A program made the position numbers and the translations under genes. Source: Rhodothermales bacterium (lineage in GTDB: Bacteria > Bacteroidota > Rhodothermia > Rhodothermales > JBHHWM01). Taken from it: a stretch of DNA of 56,869 nucleotides. Within the stretch, counting starts at the first letter, position 1. Each line of letters begins with the position of its first letter. Shown in pieces: positions 50,216-56,869 of the stretch. The stretch is from NCBI GenBank assembly GCA_046756545.1, contig JBHHWM010000003.1, positions 1 through 56,869 of the forward strand, given 5' to 3'. The notes below the pieces were generated by a model, which did no database searches, was not told the DNA's origin, and saw nothing but the letters and a program-made list of their open reading frames with translations.

Positions 50216-52300
50216 ATGCATCGGCGACATGTCGGCTCCTCTTTTCACGCAGGCGTCCCGGCCCTTATCGTGCTGTGCCTGATGGTCTCGTCTTCTGCGG
50301 TGGCGCAAGACGCCCCCCCGCGCCGCACCCTCACCGTAGACGACTTCTTTGCCATCCACCGGGTGCAGGACCCGCGCATCAGCCCGGACGGCCGGTGGGT
50401 CGCCTACACCGTCACGGAGACGGATCTCGAAAAAGACAAATCGGAGACGCGGATCTGGATGATACCGGCGGCCGGTGGCGAAGCCCTTCCGATGACGGCA
50501 AAAGGCTCCTCGGCAAGCCGCCCGCGATGGAGCCCGGACGGCACGTACCTCTCGTTTCTGGCCGCCCGCAACGGCGGAAAAACGCAGGTCTGGACCCTCA
50601 ACCGGAACGGGGGAGAGGCCCAGCAACTGACCGACATCAAGCAAGGAGTCGGCAGCTATGCCTGGTCGCCGGACGGCACGCGCCTCGTGCTGACGGTGCG
50701 GGATCCCGAACCGGAAAACGACGACGAAGACAAGGACAAAAAAGACAAACCGGAGCCCTGGGTGATCGACCGGCTGCAATTCAAACGAGACTATGCCGGC
50801 TACCTCGACGACCGCCGCACGCACCTCTACGTGTTCGACCTCCGCGACAAGAGCGTGCGGCAAATCACCTCCGGCCCGTACGACGAAGCCCAGGCCGCCT
50901 GGCATCCCGACGGCAATCGTATCGCGTTCGTCAGCAACCGCACCGACACCCCCGATGCCAATAGAAACACCGACATCTGGGTCGTCTCGGCGGACAACAC
51001 GGACCAGGGCCGGACGCTGCTCCAGGTCACCACGAATCCGGGTGCGGACTCGGCCCCGGCGTGGAGCCCCGACGGGCAGCAGCTCGCCTACGTCACCGTC
51101 ACCGAGCCGGACCTGATCTGGTATGCCACCAACCACCTCGCCGTGGTCCGGGCCGACGGCAGCGCGCCCCGCGTGTTGACGGCCTCCCTCGACCGAAACG
51201 TCAGTACCCCCCGCTTCGCGCCCGACGGCCAGTCGATCTACTTCTTGCTCGAAGACAGCGCCGAACGGCACCTGGCACGCATGGATCTGTCCGGTCGTCA
51301 CCTCACGCGGCTCATTGCCGGCGAGCGCAGCGTGCGATCCTACATGATGGCCCCGGACGGCACCATTGCCACGCTCATCAGCGAAGCGCACCGCCCCGGC
51401 GAAGTGTTTCTGTTCGAGAAAGACACCCTGCGCCGGCTTACCTCGGTCAACGACGGCCTGATCGACGGCGTGCGCCTGGCCGAGGTCCGCAACGTGCAGT
51501 TCACCAGCCGGGACGGGACGGAGATAGAGGGCTTCATCTTCACGCCGCCGGGCTACGACAGCGCACTCCGCTACCCCACACTGCTACGCATCCACGGCGG
51601 CCCGGTGTCGCAATACGACTTCCGATTCAACTTCGAGGCCCAGCTTTTTGCCGCCCACGGCTATGTCGTCGTGACGACCAACCCGCGCGGATCTTCCGGC
51701 TACGGCCAGGACTTCTCACTGGCCATCTGGCAGGACTGGGGGAACAAGGATTTCGAGGACGTGATGGCGGGGGTGGAATATGCCGTTGACCAAGGCTACG
51801 CCGATCCCGAACGCCTGGGCGTGGGCGGCTGGTCGTACGGGGGCATCCTCACCAACTACGTCATTACCAAAACCGACCGGTTCAAGGCAGCCATCACCGG
51901 GGCCAGCGAGGTACTCTACCGCTCGAACTACGGGCACGATCACTACCAATACCAGTGGGAAAAAGAACTGGGCCTCCCCTGGCAAAATCCGGAAGCCTGG
52001 GAACGTATCTCTCCCTTCAACGACGTCGAAAACATCATAACACCGACACTCATCATGGGCGGCGAGAAGGACTGGAACGTTCCCATTCTGAACTCCGAAC
52101 AGTTGTACCAGGCCCTGCGCCGGCTGGGCCGGACGACGCAGTTGGTGGTCTATCCGGGCGAGCACCACGGCATCCGCCGGCCCACGTTTCAAAAAGACCG
52201 CTACGAACGCTACCTGGCTTGGTACGATCAATACGTCAAAGGAGACGCCGTCTCCTCGGTCTCTCCCGGCGAAGAGAATCCTCGACCCCGCAAGCCTTGA
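50216..52300 (+). CDS. S9 family peptidase (dipeptidyl/acylaminoacyl peptidase)
   Basis: WD40/PD40-like propeller (WSPDG repeats), IHGGP, GWSYGG, GEKDWNV, GEHHG. Confidence 0.94.
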   Translation: MHRRHVGSSFHAGVPALIVLCLMVSSSAVAQDAPPRRTLTVDDFFAIHRVQDPRISPDGRWVAYTVTETDLEKDKSETRIWMIPAAGGEALPMTAKGSSASRPRWSPDGTYLSFLAARNGGKTQVWTLNRNGGEAQQLTDIKQGVGSYAWSPDGTRLVLTVRDPEPENDDEDKDKKDKPEPWVIDRLQFKRDYAGYLDDRRTHLYVFDLRDKSVRQITSGPYDEAQAAWHPDGNRIAFVSNRTDTPDANRNTDIWVVSADNTDQGRTLLQVTTNPGADSAPAWSPDGQQLAYVTVTEPDLIWYATNHLAVVRADGSAPRVLTASLDRNVSTPRFAPDGQSIYFLLEDSAERHLARMDLSGRHLTRLIAGERSVRSYMMAPDGTIATLISEAHRPGEVFLFEKDTLRRLTSVNDGLIDGVRLAEVRNVQFTSRDGTEIEGFIFTPPGYDSALRYPTLLRIHGGPVSQYDFRFNFEAQLFAAHGYVVVTTNPRGSSGYGQDFSLAIWQDWGNKDFEDVMAGVEYAVDQGYADPERLGVGGWSYGGILTNYVITKTDRFKAAITGASEVLYRSNYGHDHYQYQWEKELGLPWQNPEAWERISPFNDVENIITPTLIMGGEKDWNVPILNSEQLYQALRRLGRTTQLVVYPGEHHGIRRPTFQKDRYERYLAWYDQYVKGDAVSSVSPGEENPRPRKP

Positions 52301-52896
52301 GCGAACCGTTCGATCTTGATACCGTGGCCAAACGCGACCTGTCGATCCCCATGGACCGGGCACAGTGGATCGGGCTGCTCCTGATGCCGCCGCTCGCGGT
52401 GTTTCTCATCGCACCTTACGTGGCCCTCTGGAGCTTTTCGGCTCTGGGTACGGCCTGGAAGATGCTTCTGGCCCACCCGTTCCTCGCCCTTGTGCTGTTC
52501 ATCGTCGGGGTCGTGATCCATGAACTCCTGCACGGCCTTTCGTGGTGGTACTTTGGCCGAAAGCCTCGAAGCGTCATCAAGTACGGGTTTCAGGTGAAAA
52601 CCCTGACCCCATACGCGCACTGCACCGAGCCCATGGACGTACGGGCCTACCGCATCGGAGCCGCGATGCCCGGCCTGGTCCTGGGCATCGCGCCGTGGCT
52701 CGTCGGCCTGGCGACGGGACACGAACCGAGTCTGCTCTTCGGCTTGCTCTTTACGATAGCCGCCCTGGGCGACGCCATGGTGCTCTGGATGATCCGGCAC
52801 GTTGAACGGGGACGGTTGGTGATCGACCATCCCACCCAGGCAGGCTGCTACGTGATTGAGCCGGACGATGAGGGACGTAACAACCCCGGAACGTAG
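52297..52896 (+). CDS. DUF3267 membrane putative zinc metalloprotease
   Basis: IHELLHG, PYAHC, ALGD, DHPTQAG; TTG at 52297 overlaps the S9 stop (alternative ATG 52351). Confidence 0.85.
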   Translation: MSEPFDLDTVAKRDLSIPMDRAQWIGLLLMPPLAVFLIAPYVALWSFSALGTAWKMLLAHPFLALVLFIVGVVIHELLHGLSWWYFGRKPRSVIKYGFQVKTLTPYAHCTEPMDVRAYRIGAAMPGLVLGIAPWLVGLATGHEPSLLFGLLFTIAALGDAMVLWMIRHVERGRLVIDHPTQAGCYVIEPDDEGRNNPGT

Positions 52897-52914
52897 CCTG
52901 CGTGCCCTCCCACG

Positions 52915-54087
52915 CTAGATAGCCGCCAGCGCCTGGTCCAGGTCTTCGATCAGGTCTTCGACATCCTCGACCCCGACGGACAGGCGAATCAGCGTGTCTT
53001 TCAATCCGGCCTGGAGGCGTTCTTCGCGGGGAATGGAGGCGTGCGTCATGGAGGCGGGATGCCCGATCAGGCTCTCGACGCCGCCGAGGCTTTCGGCCAG
53101 GGAAAAGAGGCGCGTGCCGCTCAACACCCGGTGCGCCTTGTCCATGTCATCGTCCCGGAGCGAGAAGGAGACCATGCCGCCGAAATCGCGCATCTGTCTC
53201 TTTGCGAGGTCGTGGCCGGGATCGGCAGGCAGGCCGGGATAATGCACGTGCCCTACCTTCGGATGCGCCTCCAGGAAAGCAGCGATGCGCCGCGTGTTTT
53301 CGCAATGGCGCTCCATGCGCAGGTGCAGGGTCTTCGTCCCTCGGAGCGTCAGGAAACAATCCATCGGCCCCGGCACCGCCCCGGCGCTTTTGACCAGAAA
53401 ACGCAACGTCTCGTCCCAGTCTGCACGACTGGTGCACACCACGCCGCCGATGACATCGGAGTGCCCGGCCAGATACTTGGTGGTGGAGTGCAGCACGAGA
53501 TCCGCACCGAGAGCGAGCGGCTGTTGCAAATAGGGCGTAGCAAACGTGTTATCCACCGCCACGTCGATGCCGTGCGCGTGGGCCAGGTCGCACATCCGGC
53601 GGATATCTACCACACGGAGCAACGGATTCGTCGGCGTCTCAATCCAGAAGAGCTTCGTTTCGGGCCGCAGGGCCTGCTCGACGGCGGCGAGATCCGTCAT
53701 ATCGACGAACGACGCACCGACACCGAACGGGCCGAAGACCTGGGTGATGAGGCGGTAGGTGCCCCCGTAGAGGTCGTTCGAGGCCACGATGTGGTCACCG
53801 GGCCGCAGCCCCTTGAGAATGGCATCGGTGCCGGCTACGCCCGAGGCAAAGCAGATGCCGTAGTCGGCCCCTTCCAGGGCGGCGAGGTTGCCTTCGAGCG
53901 CCGAACGCGTGGGATTGGACACGCGGGCATACTCGTGCCCCTGATGCACGCCCGGCGCTTCCTGTACATACGTCGAGGTCTGGTAGATGGGCGTCATGAT
54001 CGCCCCGCTGGAAGGATCCGGCTGCTGCCCGGCATGAACGGCCAACGTGCCGAAGTGGTACGTTTTTTCGAGGGTCGGTGGATTCAT
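52915..54087 (-). CDS. Cystathionine gamma-synthase/gamma-lyase (PLP trans-sulfuration enzyme)
   Basis: PIYQTSTY, YARVSNPT, DLYGGTYR, ETPTNP, DNTF, HSTTKYLAGHSD, AESLGGVESL. Confidence 0.95.
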   Translation of the reverse strand: MNPPTLEKTYHFGTLAVHAGQQPDPSSGAIMTPIYQTSTYVQEAPGVHQGHEYARVSNPTRSALEGNLAALEGADYGICFASGVAGTDAILKGLRPGDHIVASNDLYGGTYRLITQVFGPFGVGASFVDMTDLAAVEQALRPETKLFWIETPTNPLLRVVDIRRMCDLAHAHGIDVAVDNTFATPYLQQPLALGADLVLHSTTKYLAGHSDVIGGVVCTSRADWDETLRFLVKSAGAVPGPMDCFLTLRGTKTLHLRMERHCENTRRIAAFLEAHPKVGHVHYPGLPADPGHDLAKRQMRDFGGMVSFSLRDDDMDKAHRVLSGTRLFSLAESLGGVESLIGHPASMTHASIPREERLQAGLKDTLIRLSVGVEDVEDLIEDLDQALAAI

Positions 54088-54119
54088 AGAGTTGAGTCGA
54101 GGATTACCATAGAGCACGT

Positions 54120-54157
54120 AAAAAACGAACCCGAGCCTCAAACGAAGCCCGGGTTCG
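54120..54157 (-). terminator. Rho-independent terminator after TPR gene
   Basis: Minus-strand cgaacccgggcttc-gttt-gaggctcgggttcg stem (G-U pairs) followed by tttttt. Confidence 0.8.
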
Positions 54158-54183
54158 CTGCTACACAAGCAAGCAACAGGGCG

Positions 54184-55395
54184 CTACAGGTCGTAGCCGG
54201 CACATTCGGCAACGGCCTCCGCCTTTTCGATCTGGTTCGTCTGTCCGTAGGCCTGGTAGAGCGCCTGGCAAATACCCTGCAAGTCGGCACCCTGCGCTTC
54301 GGACACTTCCCGCGCTCGTTCGAGGGGGGCAATGGCCTGCTCGAAGAGCCCGCGCCGCTGGGTGGACAGTTCGTCTAGCTGCGCTTCCATCGCCGAAATC
54401 TCGTCGGCGGACAGGTCGGCGCGTTTTTCGCGGAGATTGTCGTCGATCTCGTTATACTGGGCGTTGATCGCCACCGCCTTGTTGACATACGCCGCGCCCA
54501 GGTTATACTGTGCATTCGCATACTCGGGGTCGATCTCGGCGGCTTTGGCCAATTGCTCGATAGCGCCGTCATAATCTTCCATTTCGAGCAGGATCGAGCC
54601 GTAGTTATACCGGTAGAGCTTGTTATCCGGCTCGTTTTCTACAGCGCTTCGATACACCCCCAGGGCCTCATCCGTTTTGCCGGACACCACGTAGGCATTC
54701 ATCATGAGAGTCTGGATCTGCTCGCTTTCCGGATACACCGCGCGGGCTTTTTCCAAAACCGCGATCACGTTCTCATACTTTTCCTGCTCGCCGTACAAGG
54801 TGGCCAGGTAAACGAACGTGTCCTCCGAGGTATCCCCCTTCTCGATGGCGGATTCGAGAGGTTGGATGGCCTCGGCATTGCGCCCGCCGTTGAGCAGCGC
54901 AAAGGCCTGGTTGACGTAGGTACTTGCCGAATCAGGGAAGATCAACGAAGCATTGCCGAAGTAATCAGCGGCAGCACCAAATTCCGCGGAGCCGTTCTCG
55001 GTGTTCTGACCTCTGTTAAAAGCCTCCACACCGCGTTGAAACTCACTGAAGTAGGCGATGTTGAGCCGGTTGTCGACATCCGACCCCAGCGCTGGATCGA
55101 GTTCTTGGGCGCGTTGGTACGCCTCGATCATTCCACGGAAGAGCGTGTTGTGCTCTTCCACATCCCGCACGGCAAAGGCCTTTTCCTGGAGCACGCGGCC
55201 CTTGATCTGATACGCCTCGGCGTTCTCAGGATTCGTTTCCAGCGCCTTGTCGATATTCTCCAGAGCGCGGTCGTAATCCTTGTTGTTCAGGTCAAGTTTG
55301 GCCCCCTCCACGTTCGGATCGCTAGAGCATCCACGGGCTCCAAGCAACAGGACTCCACCCAAGAGGATGGCTAGAAAGAGGGAAAATCGCTTCAT
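54184..55395 (-). CDS. Tetratricopeptide-repeat lipoprotein
   Basis: Signal peptide ending ARGC, repeated TPR helices (YRYNYG, AQYNLG, LEKAR..YP). Confidence 0.9.
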   Translation of the reverse strand: MKRFSLFLAILLGGVLLLGARGCSSDPNVEGAKLDLNNKDYDRALENIDKALETNPENAEAYQIKGRVLQEKAFAVRDVEEHNTLFRGMIEAYQRAQELDPALGSDVDNRLNIAYFSEFQRGVEAFNRGQNTENGSAEFGAAADYFGNASLIFPDSASTYVNQAFALLNGGRNAEAIQPLESAIEKGDTSEDTFVYLATLYGEQEKYENVIAVLEKARAVYPESEQIQTLMMNAYVVSGKTDEALGVYRSAVENEPDNKLYRYNYGSILLEMEDYDGAIEQLAKAAEIDPEYANAQYNLGAAYVNKAVAINAQYNEIDDNLREKRADLSADEISAMEAQLDELSTQRRGLFEQAIAPLERAREVSEAQGADLQGICQALYQAYGQTNQIEKAEAVAECAGYDL

Positions 55396-55619
55396 GGTAT
55401 CGGTGTGCTATGACTAGAAGGTATGAAATTCGGGTACAGGGAGACATCAAGATTTAAAGGTAACGCCAGCTAAAGGTTCTCACAAGACGGAAGCATGGAT
55501 TCTATGTAGATTTTTCCAGAAAGGAACACGTGTGCCGGATGCGCTTTTGCCTGAGCATCATGCCTTATCCACCGTTGGATTACTGACCTTGCCCCTCCCT
55601 CTTGCCGAGGGTTCAGCGT

Positions 55620-56609
55620 ATGCCCCCACACCCTGCGAACGCCACACGTACCGTGCCCACGCTGCACGCTCTGGTCGCCTCGATCATCGATTATGCGGGG
55701 CTCTTTCCTCCGGCGGACCTTCCCCTGGACGAAGCCATCCATCACTATGCGCGCTACCGTGGGGAACCCGACGCCTGGATGCTGGCTCGCTTCGTGATCC
55801 CCGTCCGTCGGCTCGAAGCCCTGACGCCGTATAGCGGTCTGTTTGCCGAACATCCGCCTTTTCGCTTTACCGTCCTCGGTACCGGCGGCCCCGACACCGA
55901 GGCGTTCCTCTCGGCCTTCCGGTCCGACCTGGAAACCATCCGGGCGTTTCACCAACGGTATCCCGGACAGGTACGAGTGGACGGAATGGAAGTCCGCCTG
56001 CCGGCGACGCTGCCGGGCACCGATACGGACACGATCCGTGCCTTCCTCGACGCGGTACGCCGACTCGCCGCCCCGGTCCATCCCGGCCTGGATCTTTTCT
56101 TTGAAGCGCCGCTGAATGACGCCCTGCGCCAGCACGCCCCGGCAATCCTCGAAGCGATGGCCTCGCATAACCGCGACCACGGCGAACGGGTGGGCTTCAA
56201 GATGCGCACCGGCGGCCTGATGCCCGAAGCATTTCCGGCCCCGGAACACCTGGCCTTCGCCATCCTGGCGTGTTTGAAAGCAGGCGTACGCTTCAAAGCT
56301 ACTGCGGGGCTGCACCATCCCGTCCGCTGCTATCACGAAAGCGTGCGCGCACACATGTACGGCTTCTTTAACCTGTTCGGCGGGGCGGTACTGGCCGCCA
56401 CGCACCACTTCGACGAAGCCACCCTGCGCACCCTCCTGCTCGACGACAACGCCGCCCATTTCCACTTCCACGATGACGCCTTCGTGTGGAACGGCTATTC
56501 GGCTTCGCTCAATGCGATCCGCCGGGTGCGCACCGAGTACGCGATCTCTTTTGGTAGTTGCAGCTTCGACGAACCCCGCGAGGATCTCCGAGCCCTCGGA
56601 TTGCTGTAG
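55620..56609 (+). CDS. Conserved uncharacterised protein preceding fahA
   Basis: IIDYAGLFPP, GFKMRTGG, FKATAGLHHP, MYGFFN, SFGSCSFDEP; ATG at 55620. Confidence 0.85.
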   Translation: MPPHPANATRTVPTLHALVASIIDYAGLFPPADLPLDEAIHHYARYRGEPDAWMLARFVIPVRRLEALTPYSGLFAEHPPFRFTVLGTGGPDTEAFLSAFRSDLETIRAFHQRYPGQVRVDGMEVRLPATLPGTDTDTIRAFLDAVRRLAAPVHPGLDLFFEAPLNDALRQHAPAILEAMASHNRDHGERVGFKMRTGGLMPEAFPAPEHLAFAILACLKAGVRFKATAGLHHPVRCYHESVRAHMYGFFNLFGGAVLAATHHFDEATLRTLLLDDNAAHFHFHDDAFVWNGYSASLNAIRRVRTEYAISFGSCSFDEPREDLRALGLL

Positions 56610-56682
56610 ATACCCGATTCCCGTCGCTATCTTAGCATAACGCATACGGACCTCTCTGTGTCACGTTTTAACCCACGCACTC

Positions 56683-56869
56683 ATGCCTGATCCGACCACG
56701 GACCCTTCCCTGCAATCCTTCATCGAAGTCGCCCCCAACGGACATTTTCCCATTCAGAACCTGCCTTTCGGGGTCTTTCGGCCCGGGGACGGGGCTCCTC
56801 CCCGCGTCGGCGTCGCCATCGGCGATTTCGTCCTTGATCTCTCCGTCCTGGAAGAAAACGAACTCTTCG
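56683..56869 (+). CDS. fahA: Fumarylacetoacetase, 5' partial
   Basis: Hand translation MPDPTTDPSLQSFIEV...HFPIQNLPFGVF...RVGVAIGDFVLDL is the FAH N-terminal signature. Confidence 0.93.
   Translation, partial: MPDPTTDPSLQSFIEVAPNGHFPIQNLPFGVFRPGDGAPPRVGVAIGDFVLDLSVLEENELF

Overview
GC-rich bacterial chromosomal segment whose protein families (DUF5777 barrel, DUF1573, fused 2-oxoacid dehydrogenase E1 alpha/beta, conserved TPR lipoprotein) point to Rhodothermota or the wider Bacteroidota group (inference). Left to right: (i) a heavy-metal RND efflux operon fragment (two His-rich lipoproteins, TolC, CusB/CzcB-type adaptor) divergent from an OmpR/CusS-type two-component pair; the adaptor appears interrupted at a CTAG by about 46 nt of lower-GC DNA at the window edge; (ii) an orphan B12-binding radical SAM enzyme; (iii) a minus-strand run of two USPs, a secreted alpha/beta hydrolase, a LolA-like protein, two MacB/LolC-type permeases, an ATPase and an outer-membrane barrel; (iv) a stand-alone Hpt protein next to a hybrid kinase carrying a 67%-identical Hpt domain; (v) nifJ (PFOR) plus a DHOD-like flavoprotein lacking the canonical catalytic loop; (vi) many exported peptidases and hydrolases; (vii) fused E1 alpha/beta; (viii) the most unusual locus: an outer-membrane barrel, a CX4CH cytochrome-c-like domain fused to a DUF5777 barrel, a paralogous CX4CH lipoprotein and a Tat-type sulfite-oxidase-family molybdoenzyme; (ix) a porin + binding protein + hybrid kinase module; (x) YfcC, cystathionine gamma-lyase/synthase, a TPR lipoprotein, an uncharacterised protein and the start of fahA. 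No rRNA, tRNA, CRISPR array or intact transposase was seen. All assignments come from motif recognition by eye, with no database searches.
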